Of a stretch of 64,000 bases of DNA, positions 29,451 to 38,870 are shown piece by piece. Under the pieces are notes generated by a model that saw nothing but the letters and a program-made list of their open reading frames with translations, had not been told where the DNA came from and did not search any database. The position numbers were made by a program, and so were the translations under genes. Source of the DNA: an uncultured Actinomycetes bacterium (lineage in GTDB: Bacteria; Actinomycetota; UBA4738; HRBIN12); the NCBI GenBank assembly GCA_963780015.1, contig CAWAAO010000013.1, forward strand, positions 23,644 to 87,643, read 5' to 3'. Numbering within the stretch: the stretch's first letter is position 1; each line of letters starts with the position of its first letter.

Positions 29451-31193
29451 TCAACCGACGCGGACGGCGTCCGCCGGCGACCAGCCGGCGTGACCGCCCG
29501 CCAGCTTCACCAGACGGGCGCGGAACCGATAGGTTCCGCGCCCGCTGTCTGGCCGGAACGATGCGGCGGCGCGCGTCACGTGTGTCTTCCACGACCGCCA
29601 GGCCGCGCCCGGCCGCCGGATCTGCACGTCGTAGGCGAACCCGGCGGGTGCCGGTTTCGAGGCCCAGGTCACGGTGAACGTCGTCGCCCGCGTCCCTCGA
29701 CGGGGCGATGCGGACAGCGGCACGACCACCGTGCCGCTGTGGCTCGCGTCGGCCGCGTCGTCGTAGCGATAGACGCCGGCCGCCACGAACGTCTTCCACC
29801 CCGACGTGGACACCGCGAGGAAGCCCGTGTTCCACCACGCCATGGCGCTCGCATCGACCGCACCGCGGGGGACCGTTCCGAGGTTGTCCCAGACGACGGT
29901 CCCGCCGCGCCCGACCGTGACGCGCGATCGATCGAACCCGGTATCGGTGATCGACACGTGATGGCCGCTCGGCGGTGTCGGCGGAGGCGAACTCGACGTC
30001 GACGTCGACGTCGAGGTCGATGTGGATGTCGATGACGGCTCGACGTGGAGCTCGACGTGGACGTGGAACTGGAACTCGTCGTCGTGGTGGAACTCGAGCT
30101 CGACGTGGACGTGGAACTGGAACTCGTCGTCGTGGAGCTCGAGCTCGATGTCGACGAGGTGGAGGTCGACGTCGTCGTACTCGAGGTGGAGACGCTCACC
30201 GTCGGCGAGGGGGTGGGCGACGACGACGCGCACGACGGCGGGATCGGATCCGGCGCGGGAAGCACCGGCTGCCAGTTCGGATCGATGTCGGTCGCCGCGT
30301 TGGGCGCCGGGTAGGACACGCCACCGCTGCACAGCCGGAGGATCCCGATGTCGTAGTCGGTCCCCGACGCGACGTAGGCGAACGTGATCCGCGATCCGTC
30401 CGGCGCCCAGGCCGGTGTGTTGATGGTGCCGCCGCCGGCGTTCCAGACCTGTGCCGCGCCGCTCCCGTCTTGCGTTGGCGACGTAGATCGAGATCGGCGC
30501 GAACTTGCTCGCACCGCCGACGAACGCGAAGCGACCGTCGGGCCCCCACGAGGCGTCCTTCGCGTAGGCGGGCGGTGCGCCCGACAACGTCACCTGGGTC
30601 GGCGTGCCGGCGACCGCGGATGCCGCGATCGTGAACAGATGCCCGCCGTTGGACATCACGAGCTGCGAGCTGTCCGGCGACCAATCGGGAGACGATTCCG
30701 CGACCGATGTCGCCGTGACCTGCACGGGGCCCGTCGAGCCGTTCGCCGGCACCACGTAGACGTCGCTGGCCGTGACGGTGTCCATCTTGGTGAACGCGAT
30801 CCGGGTTCCATCGGTGGACCAGGTCGTGTCGAACACCTGCGAGCCCGGTCCGAACGACGTCAGCTTCGTCGTGGTGCTCGAAACGGTGTCGCGCACGTAG
30901 ACGTCCCAGCACGACAACGACGAGCAGGTCGTCGTGTTCTCCCGTGCGAAGGCGAGCTTGGTCCCGTCGGGGCTCCAGGCGGGCGCGCGCTCGTTGGCGG
31001 CGGTCTGGATCGTCGCGGTCACCGTGCCGCTGCCCGGATCCAGCGTGTAGATGTCGTAGTTGCCCGAGCGGTTGGACGCGAACGCGATGTCGCCGCGCGT
31101 GCCCGGCGGGACCGCCTGCGAGCGGACGGCGACGCGCACCAGGAAGAGGGCGGCGAGCAACACAGCGGCCACCACGGCGGTCGTACGACGCAT
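29451..31193 (-). pseudogene. secreted TolB-like beta-propeller (PD40 repeats) - Ser/Thr linker - cupredoxin-like - FN3-like protein, 2 frameshifts
   Basis: signal peptide MRRTTAVVAAVLLAALFLV; repeated WSPDG motifs; S/T-rich linker; C-terminal ...VTVGRGGTVVWDN... and FN3-like segment; ORFs 29451..31193 and 29669..30514 interleave (shifts ~30490 and ~30000). Confidence 0.6.
30051..30146. repeat. two direct copies of a 48-bp unit (CTCGACGTGGACGTGGAACTGGAACTCGTCGTCGTGG..GAACTCGAG) encoding the Ser/Thr-rich linker
   Basis: seen directly; embedded in a GTC/GAC-rich low-complexity tract 29985..30190; one frameshift maps inside. Confidence 0.55.
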
Positions 31194-31246
31194 CTGGAAG
31201 TCATCGGCATCGAGGGCGCGAACCCGTACCCCGTAAGCTGCCCGAC

Positions 31247-32695
31247 ATGAGCCAGCCGTCCCCGCCGGGCACCGGCGCGCGCGTTCGCGCCGCGATGCGA
31301 GCGGGCGATTTCCGCAGGTTGTTGTGGATCCGCCTGTCCGGCCAGGGCGGCGACGGCATCTTCCAGGCGGCGCTGATCGCCTCGGTGGTCTTCAACCCGG
31401 ACCAGCAGAACACGGCCGAGGGTCTGCTCTACGCCAGCCTGGTCACGATCCTGCCGTTCACCCTGCTCGGCCCCTTCGTCGGGGTGTTCATCGATCGATG
31501 GTCGCGACGCAAGATCCTCACGATCGCGCCGCTGCTGAAGATCGCGTTCGTGCCGCTGATCCTGTTCGACCCGCTGCACTGGCCGACCAAGATCCTGTTC
31601 TTCGCCGGGGCGCTCGCGGTCCTGTCGATCAACCGGTTCCAGCTGGCGGCGGCCTCGGCCGTCGTGCCCCGCCTCGTGCCCGCCGAGGATCTGCTGATCG
31701 CGAACTCGATCGCAACCGTCGGCGGCACGCTCGCGCTGCTCGTCGGCGTGTTCCTGGGCGGCAAGGTCGCCGATACGATCGGCGAGGTCAGCGTGATCCT
31801 GATCGCGACGCTGGCCTGGCTCGTCGCCTCCCTGGTCGCGGGCAGGATCCAGTCCGACCTCGCGCCGATGACGCTGCCGGAGTCGCCGGAGCTCCTGCGT
31901 CACGCGATCCGGCGGATCGTCGTCGAGACGTGGGACGGCGCCTCCACCATGGTGCGCACCCCGCACGCGATCGGGCCGGTCGCCTCGATCACGATCGATC
32001 AGATCGGCCAGGGGATCATGCTCACCCTCGCGCTCGTCGTGTTCCGCGAACAGCTGGGCCAGGGCGTCGCCTCGTTCTCCAACGTGATCGGGGCGGGCGG
32101 GCTGGGCGTGCTCCTCGGGATCGGCACGGCCGGGTTCCTCGAGGATCGCCTGCCGAAGGAGCGCATGGTCTCGCTGGGCTTCCTCGTCGGCGGCATCGTG
32201 TTGATCGGCGGGTCGTTCGCACCCGACGGGCCCGTCATCCTGCTGGTCGCGGCGGTCCTCGGCCTGACGTTCGCCTGGAAGAAGGTCGCCGTCGACACGA
32301 TGACGCAGGAGTCGCTGCCCGATGGGTACCGCGGGCGCGTGTTCTCGGTGTACGACTTCTTCTACAACGTCGCCCGGCTGATCGCGGCGGCGCTGGCGAT
32401 CGTCATGATCCCGGCGATGAGCACGTCGGCCACGATGGTCGTCGTCGGCGCGGTCTTCATCGTGTGGACGCCCGTGCTGCCCGCGATCGTGTCGCACCGC
32501 CCCCAGATCGACCTTTCTCTGGATGCCCTCGGGGTGCCCATCGCGCTGCAGTGGGGAGCCACGCACGAGCCCGTGGTCGTGCTGGCCACCGACGAGCTCG
32601 GCTACCGGCTCGAGCTCGAGGACGGCAGCGTGATCGACGTCCGTCGGGCAGAGCGGCGACCCGGATGGACCGTGCTGCGGGAGCGCGAAGGCTGA
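31247..32695 (+). CDS. MFS transporter
   Basis: 482 aa, ~12 predicted TM segments, DRWSRRKIL MFS motif A-like. Confidence 0.8.
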   Translation: MSQPSPPGTGARVRAAMRAGDFRRLLWIRLSGQGGDGIFQAALIASVVFNPDQQNTAEGLLYASLVTILPFTLLGPFVGVFIDRWSRRKILTIAPLLKIAFVPLILFDPLHWPTKILFFAGALAVLSINRFQLAAASAVVPRLVPAEDLLIANSIATVGGTLALLVGVFLGGKVADTIGEVSVILIATLAWLVASLVAGRIQSDLAPMTLPESPELLRHAIRRIVVETWDGASTMVRTPHAIGPVASITIDQIGQGIMLTLALVVFREQLGQGVASFSNVIGAGGLGVLLGIGTAGFLEDRLPKERMVSLGFLVGGIVLIGGSFAPDGPVILLVAAVLGLTFAWKKVAVDTMTQESLPDGYRGRVFSVYDFFYNVARLIAAALAIVMIPAMSTSATMVVVGAVFIVWTPVLPAIVSHRPQIDLSLDALGVPIALQWGATHEPVVVLATDELGYRLELEDGSVIDVRRAERRPGWTVLREREG

Positions 32696-32708
32696 TCCGT
32701 TTCCGGGT

Positions 32709-33978
32709 CTATCGGGCCGCGATCGCGGGCCCGCTGCTCGTCACCACGTCGTCGATCGTCGTCGGCTCCTGCGCGCGACGTCGCAACGTCAGGACGACCG
32801 CCCCGACGCCGATCGCGAGCAGCCCCATCAGCGCGAACTCGAGCCGGGGCCCGAGCGCCTGGCCGAGCCATCCGGCCAGCGGCGCCCCGAACGGCGTCGA
32901 CCCGAGGAACACGATGCCGTACAGCGCCATCACGCGGCCGCGCGCCTCGGGCTTCGCGTTGGTCTGCAGCATCGTGTTGCCGGTGATCATGAAGCACATC
33001 GCGGCGAAGCCGACGGGCACCATCGCGAGCATCGCCCACGGCAGCGTGGGTGCGACGGACACGAGGAGCATCGACACACCGACCAGGCCGGCGAAGAGCC
33101 CGAGCCGGCGCATCCCGGGGGCGCGATGCCCGTGCGCCGTCGTGATGGCGCCGATGAAGGCGCCGATCCCGGCGGCGGTCGACATCAACCCGAACTCGCG
33201 CGCCCCCGCGTTGAACGTGAGCTCCGACAGCAGCGGCAACAGCACCTGCCACTGGAAGACGCAGATGAACATGACGGCGAGCACGATCAGCGGCCGCCGC
33301 AGGTCATCGGTGCTCCACACGTACTTCAGACCGGCGACCATGTGCCCACGATCGCGGGTCGTGCGCCGCTGCTGGTGCAGCTCCTTCGGGCGCATCGCGA
33401 TCAGCGCCCCCAAGCACGAACAGGTACGACACCGAGTCGAGCCCGAAGCACCACGCCATGCCGGCCGCCGCGATCACGATCCCCGCGATGGCCGGTCCGA
33501 TCACCCGCGCGCCGGTGAAGGCCGCGCTGTTCAGGCTGACCGCGTTCGTCAGCTCCGCCTCGCCGACCATCTCCACGTAGAAGCTCTGTCGCGACGGGTT
33601 GTCGATGGCGGTCACGAGCCCCGTCGCAACGGACAAGACGTAGACCATCCACAGTTCGATCGCACCCGTGCCGATCAGCGTCGCCATCACGAGGGCGAGC
33701 AGCGCGTAGGCGCTCTGCGTCGTGATCAGGATCTTCCGCTTGTTGAAGCGATCCGCGAGCACGCCTCCCCACGCACCGAGGATCAACATGGGACCGAACG
33801 CCAGCGCCGAGTTCACGCCGAGCGCCGCGCCGCTGTGCGTCAGACGCCACACGAGCCACCCGCTCGCGGTGAAGTTCATCCACGTGCCGATCGCGGAGAC
33901 GAACTGCCCGGACAGGAACAGGCGGAAGTTCCGAGACGAGCGCGCCGACGCGAAGGTTCTCCGGAGCGCTTCGGCCAT
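32709..33978 (-). pseudogene. MFS transporter (EntS/DHA3-like), one frameshift (~33410)
   Basis: N-terminal half ORF 33304..33978 (LADRFNKRKIL), C-terminal half ORF 32709..33413. Confidence 0.65.
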
Positions 33979-34188
33979 GCCGGCACGCCACGGCGAGGCC
34001 GGGTCGACGGAGGGCTGCTCACGAGCCGCCCTCCTGCTCCGCCAATCGCTCCAGGGTCCGGGATCGTTCCACAGAACTGATGGTACGCGTTGCTAACTAG
34101 TGGCCCGTCTCGACGCTCCAACCTCCACGGAACCGACACCGGACCACCGGTATCGTGGGCCACCCACCGCAAGGGAGCCGCACGGGAT

Positions 34189-34837
34189 ATGGCCACGAAC
34201 GGACACCGCCCCGCCGAGACACGCGACCGGAAGAAGGCCCTGATCGTCGGGGCGGTCATCGCCGCCGTCCTCGTCTTCGGACTCGGGTACCTGCTCGGCA
34301 CCGGCGACGACGAACAGGCAGCGGTGTCGCCGACGGACCACCACGCCCGCACCGACCTCCGAGACGAGCTCGCCGACGCCGACCGACAAGCCCTCCCCCA
34401 CGCCCAGCGCGATCGCGACCGGTGAGCCCGCGGGCGACACGCTCCCCGACGGGCGGTACTTCGTCCAGCTCACCGACATCCAGGGTGGGGAGGAAGGGCC
34501 GCTGCTCTTGCAGTACGACCTCGCGTACTTCCTCACCGGGGAGGAAGCGAACCAGGCGGCGGACGATCGCGGTTTGGAAACGCCGGTGCCCAACGACTAC
34601 TTCATCGTGAACGACAATCCGAAGCGTCGGCTGACGCCGCTCGAGGGCGTGTACTCGGTCAAGTACATCCCGGAGGGCTCCGGGTTGTCCTCGCCGGTGA
34701 AGGCCCATGAGGCGCAGTTCCTCGGGTGGATGGGCGAGTCCGTCCAGACCGACTTCCCGCCCAAGGACACCTCCTGGTGGTGGGTCACGATCGAGAACGG
34801 ATCGGTCACGAAGATCGAGCAGCAGTACCTGCCGTAG
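34189..34837 (+). pseudogene. hypothetical membrane-anchored protein with C-terminal globular domain, one frameshift (~34400)
   Basis: MATNGH...KKALIVGAVIAAVLVFGLGYLLG TM, then P/S/T linker and domain ending ...WWWVTIENGSVTKIEQQYLP in ORF 34508..34837 frame. Confidence 0.4.
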
Positions 34838-34877
34838 GGTCGTTGCATCCGCACGATCCGGGGCGCACGCTCGCTCG

Positions 34878-35087
34878 ATGCGCCACGCCGATCACGAGCC
34901 CGGCACACGCGAGGACTGCGCCGAATGTCGCGACCTCGCCTACGAGCCGGGCTGGTACAAGGCCCTGCGCGACGAGCGGGTGGTCGCCGCCGACCCGTCC
35001 GTCGTCGCGGTGCCGGACGCCGAGCAGCCCGAGGTCGAGGTCGTCGTCGAGGAGCAACCGCACCAACCGGCGCGCCGGCGCAGCTAG
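34878..35087 (+). CDS. hypothetical small protein (69 aa)
   Basis: MRHADHEPGTREDCAECRDLAYEPGWYKALRDE...; weak, could be spurious. Confidence 0.25.
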   Translation: MRHADHEPGTREDCAECRDLAYEPGWYKALRDERVVAADPSVVAVPDAEQPEVEVVVEEQPHQPARRRS

Positions 35088-35096
35088 CCTGGTCGC

Positions 35097-35831
35097 GTGC
35101 CGCACGATTGGGACGCCGCCTCCTACGACCGACTGCCGATCCCGATGACGGGCTGGGGTCTCGGCGTGCTCGAGCGGTTGCCCTTGCGCGGCGACGAGCG
35201 GGTCCTCGACGCGGGTTGTGGCACCGGCCAGGTCACCGAAGCGCTCCGCGAACGACTTCCCGACGGTGAGATCGTCGCGCTCGACGCGTCGCCATCGATG
35301 CTCGAGCGGGCGCGGGCGCGACTCGGCGATGACCGCGTGACCTTCCTGGCGCACGACCTGCTCGAGCCGATCCCGATCCCGCCGGTCGATGCGATCCTGT
35401 CGACCGCGACCTTCCATTGGGTGCCCGACCACGATCGGTTGTTCGCCAACCTGGCAGCCGTCCTCCGCCCGGACGGGCGCATGGCCTCGCAGTCCGGTGG
35501 CGCGGGCAATCTCCGGCGCGTGAACGACGCCGTCGCCCGCGCCACCGGGATCGATCTGACGGCGACGAAGGTCTATCCGACCGCGGAGGCGACCACCGAG
35601 CGGCTGCAGCGCGCGGGGTTCACCGACGTCGAGTGCTGGCTGCACGACGAACCGGTCGAGCTCCCGGCCGACGAACTCGAGACGTATCTCCGGACGGTCA
35701 TCCTGAGCGGGGAGGTCGCGCGACGCACGCCCTCGGAGGCCGCGGACCTCGTGCATGCCGTCGCGACCGAACTCGGCGCACCGACGATCGACTACGTGCG
35801 GCTCGACATCGCCGCCCGTCGAGGCCCTTAG
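35097..35831 (+). CDS. class I SAM-dependent methyltransferase (Tam/trans-aconitate methyltransferase-like)
   Basis: VLDAGCGTGQVTEAL motif I; 244 aa. Confidence 0.8.
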   Translation: MPHDWDAASYDRLPIPMTGWGLGVLERLPLRGDERVLDAGCGTGQVTEALRERLPDGEIVALDASPSMLERARARLGDDRVTFLAHDLLEPIPIPPVDAILSTATFHWVPDHDRLFANLAAVLRPDGRMASQSGGAGNLRRVNDAVARATGIDLTATKVYPTAEATTERLQRAGFTDVECWLHDEPVELPADELETYLRTVILSGEVARRTPSEAADLVHAVATELGAPTIDYVRLDIAARRGP

Positions 35832-36403
35832 ATGAACAGCGGGATGGCGGCCTCGCGCATCTCGCGGATGGCGGTGGCGGCCCCGATCGGCTCCTCCAGC
35901 CCGTCGAGCAGGTCCTCGTGCTTCAGGCCGAGCAGGTCCATCGTCATCTGACAGGGGATCAGCCGGACGCCGAGGTCCTGTGCCAGCGCGATCAGCTCGT
36001 CGGGCTTGGCCACGTTGTTGTTGTCGGCCAGCTTCTTGAACATCGCGGGGCCGGCGCCCAGGAACTGGTAGTGCGACAGCTTCGCCTTCTGCGCGGAGCC
36101 CGGGTTCATCACCGACATCATCTTCTGCATCCAGTTGTCGCCGGTGATCCGCACCCCCGGCTTCACGATCGCGAACAGGCCCCAGAACGTGAAGAAGACG
36201 CTGGCCTCCATGCCGCTGGCGGCCGCCGTGGTGGCCAGGATCGTCGTGGGCCAGATGCGATCGAGGTTCCCGCCCCAGGCGATGATCGTCATCTTGTTCT
36301 TCTTCTGGATCGAGGCGTCCTGTTGCGCCTCCAATGCCTCGACACGCCCGAGCAGGTCGGCGAGCGTCGCCGTCTGATCCACCCGATCCTCGGTGATCGC
36401 CAT
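35828..36403 (-). CDS. DsrE/DsrF-like (DsrE_2) sulfur-relay family protein
   Basis: MTIIAWGGNLDRIWPTTILATTAAASGMEASVFFTFWGLF; adjacent to TusA-like gene. Confidence 0.65.
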   Translation of the reverse strand: MAITEDRVDQTATLADLLGRVEALEAQQDASIQKKNKMTIIAWGGNLDRIWPTTILATTAAASGMEASVFFTFWGLFAIVKPGVRITGDNWMQKMMSVMNPGSAQKAKLSHYQFLGAGPAMFKKLADNNNVAKPDELIALAQDLGVRLIPCQMTMDLLGLKHEDLLDGLEEPIGAATAIREMREAAIPLFI

Positions 36404-36405
36404 GA

Positions 36406-36642
36406 CTACGCCGCCTTGCGGATCACGTAGCGGAACGAGCCGTCCTCGAGGGTCTCGGCGCTGACCAGTTCGTTGCGGCTGAGCTCCGCCCAGGACGGCA
36501 CATCGGAGCGCGAGCCCGGGTCGGTGGCAAGGAGCTCGAACGTCGCGCCCGCCGCGGCGCCCTTGAACGCGCGGGCGAGGCTCACGAGCGGACCCGGGCA
36601 GGCTTGGCCGCGGGCGTCGACGGTGGTGATGGTCGTGCTCAT
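36406..36642 (-). CDS. TusA-like sulfurtransferase (SirA/YedF/YeeD family)
   Basis: VDARGQACPGPLV conserved CPxP motif; 78 aa. Confidence 0.8.
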   Translation of the reverse strand: MSTTITTVDARGQACPGPLVSLARAFKGAAAGATFELLATDPGSRSDVPSWAELSRNELVSAETLEDGSFRYVIRKAA

Positions 36643-36843
36643 GGTGCGCTGACCTCCAGAGAGTGAGTGCAGGGGAACGGGAGACGTGATGACGCGAAGA
36701 GTCGCGCTGTTCCTTGTTACCGGGAACAGCCGCAGATGCGGTCGGGGATCATCGCCGCAACGACGCCCGCTTCACGTGTGCAGACCATTGCAGGTGCAAG
36801 ATTCTACCCCCGACCTGCGGCGAAGGACAAGGTTCGGCCACCG

Positions 36844-37677
36844 TCAGGGCTTTGGCGTGACGAGACAGCCCTGATCGCGGCCCAGCTGCTCGAGCCCGGC
36901 GAGGTCGCCCGGACCGAAGTCGGTCATGAAGCCCCCGGAGGGCTCCATCAGCTCGGCCTTCGACGTGACGTGGTCGAGCCCCATGATGTGCCCCAGCTCG
37001 TGCAGGACGGTCGGCCCCTGCGAGCCGGTGTAGGCCCAGCCGGTCGGATTGGGGTCGGCCGCGTTGACCACCACCCACCCGCTGACGAACTGCGGGGTGC
37101 CGTCCAGCGGGCCGAGAGGCCGAGCCACCGCGGCGAAGTACTCGTCGCCCTTCTGGAACGGGATGTCGGTCTGGGACTGGTTCGCCCATGCGATCACGAC
37201 CGGCGCCCAGCCGTCGCCGTATCGGTCGGGTTGATACGGGCTGCGGTCGCGTTGCGGGATCTCGTCGGTCAGGCCGTCGTAGATGAAGGTGACGCCCGTC
37301 GCGAGCGACACCTTGGCAACGGCCTCCTGGATGTCCTGGATCGATCCTTCGGGAGCGCGCGTCACGTTGGCGACGTAGTGGATCGGAGCGCACGGATTCC
37401 ATCGCACCGGCTTGCCGTCATCCGTCGCCAGGAACTGATATTCGCTGGCGGTCCCGCGCGGCCGAGACAGATCGCTGACGACCCCACCGACGACGCCCAG
37501 CGAACCGATGACGGCGATCGCGGTGAGCACGGCGACCACCGCCGTGACCCCCCGTCGGCGGCGAGGAGCGCCGACCGTCGGCGGCAAGGTCTGCCACCCG
37601 AGGTCGGGCCTGGGCGGCGTCCACGCGTCGGGCCTGTTGGGCGGTGGCGTCTTCGGGGAAGGATCCATCCGGTCCAT
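36844..37677 (-). CDS. membrane-anchored zinc metalloprotease (matrixin/M10-like, HELGHIMGLDH)
   Basis: HExxHxxGxxH zincin motif; N-terminal Pro-rich region then TM segment. Confidence 0.7.
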   Translation of the reverse strand: MDRMDPSPKTPPPNRPDAWTPPRPDLGWQTLPPTVGAPRRRRGVTAVVAVLTAIAVIGSLGVVGGVVSDLSRPRGTASEYQFLATDDGKPVRWNPCAPIHYVANVTRAPEGSIQDIQEAVAKVSLATGVTFIYDGLTDEIPQRDRSPYQPDRYGDGWAPVVIAWANQSQTDIPFQKGDEYFAAVARPLGPLDGTPQFVSGWVVVNAADPNPTGWAYTGSQGPTVLHELGHIMGLDHVTSKAELMEPSGGFMTDFGPGDLAGLEQLGRDQGCLVTPKP

Positions 37678-37717
37678 CGTAGGAGGGGTATCGGCGAACG
37701 ACGGCCCGGCAGGAGCC

Positions 37718-38206
37718 CTACCGCACGACCCGGCGCCGCTCGAGCGGCCAGTAGATCAGGATCGCCTTGGCCTTCAGCTGCGCACCCGTCACGGCGCCGA
37801 AGGCGCGGGAGTCGGTCGAATGCTCGGCGAAGTCGCCCTCCACCCAGTACTCGTCGGGCTCGAGGATGCGACCGTCGAATTCGTCGCCCGGCACCGCCAC
37901 CAGGCGCTTCACGATCTCGTAGCCCGGCCGCTGCGGGTGCTCGACGACCACGACGTCGTCGCGATCGAAGTGGTCCGGGGTCACGACGAGGACCCAGTCG
38001 TCGGGCAGGAGCGTCGGCGCCATCGAGATGCCCTCGATCGCCACGCGGGCCGGCCGATAGCGCGCGAACGCCGCCGCGGCGGCCACCACGAGCGCGAGGC
38101 CGGCCACCACCCCCGACACGCGTTTCCGACCCCGGCGGTAGGATTCGGGTTCGGAAGGTTCCTCGGGAACCGGTTCTTCGGAAGCAGAAGGAGGGGATTC
38201 ATCCAT
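37718..38206 (-). CDS. sodX: S26-family signal peptidase SodX (Ni-SOD maturation protease)
   Basis: GISMAPTLLPDDWVLV (catalytic Ser) ... VKRLVAVPGDE ... S26 motifs; divergent from sodN; ATG at 38206 chosen (ORF opens at 38401). Confidence 0.7.
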   Translation of the reverse strand: MDESPPSASEEPVPEEPSEPESYRRGRKRVSGVVAGLALVVAAAAAFARYRPARVAIEGISMAPTLLPDDWVLVVTPDHFDRDDVVVVEHPQRPGYEIVKRLVAVPGDEFDGRILEPDEYWVEGDFAEHSTDSRAFGAVTGAQLKAKAILIYWPLERRRVVR

Positions 38207-38597
38207 GGTGCATCGCATCCTCGCACCTCGTCGCACGGTCCACGCGCACTGCGACCTGCCGTGCGGCGTGTACGACCCGGCGCAGGCCCGCATCGAGGCC
38301 GAGTCGGTCAAGGCCTGCCAGGAGAAGTTCCAGGGGTCCGACGACGACGAGTTCCGCGCGCGAGCCGTCTCGATCAAGGAAGAGCGGGCGAACATGGTCA
38401 AGGAGCACCTGTGGGTGCTGTGGACCGACTACTTCAAGCCCGAGCACCTCGAGAAGCACCCCAACCTGCACGACCTCTTCTGGAACGCGACGAAGGAAGC
38501 GGGCGCGGCGAAGAAGTCCAACGACCCCGCGCAGGGTCAGAAGCTGCTCGACTCGATCGATGAGGTCGCGAAGGTCTTCTGGGAGACCAAGAGCTAG
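38205..38597 (+). CDS. sodN: nickel superoxide dismutase precursor
   Basis: 14-aa propeptide MVHRILAPRRTVHA then HCDLPCGVYDP Ni-hook; GAAGGAGGGG SD 8 nt upstream. Confidence 0.9.
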   Translation: MVHRILAPRRTVHAHCDLPCGVYDPAQARIEAESVKACQEKFQGSDDDEFRARAVSIKEERANMVKEHLWVLWTDYFKPEHLEKHPNLHDLFWNATKEAGAAKKSNDPAQGQKLLDSIDEVAKVFWETKS

Positions 38598-38615
38598 GAG
38601 TCGTCTCACGGCGAA

Positions 38616-38640
38616 GGGCGGGGCCGTCGGGTCCCCGCCC
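38616..38640 (+). terminator. GC hairpin GGGCGGGG-n9-CCCCGCCC after sodN
   Basis: 19 nt after TAG stop; no U-tract. Confidence 0.35.
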
Positions 38641-38870
38641 CTCGCACGATGCGCCCCCCTCGGCGCACGTCTGCAAGCCACGATAGGAGGCCGGACGGCC
38701 GGGGCGGGTCTGGCGGCGCCCCGGCCGTATCCGGTCCTCGCGGCAAGCATCGGTCATCGGTGGCCCGCAGCACTACTGGTCAGAAGTCGGTACGTGTCCG
38801 CCGTTCGGCTGACATCGCAGGACCGGTTGGCCCCCGGCGGCCCGAGAGACCGCTGCTACCGTGACCCACC

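Noticed and set aside
30051-30146. Possible CRISPR array
   Set aside because: Only two direct repeats of 48 bp with no spacers, inside a coding linker. No cas genes.
30045-30314. Acidic repetitive ORF MELDVDVELELVVVV...
   Set aside because: Reverse-strand shadow of the Ser/Thr-linker repeat of the TolB-like gene.
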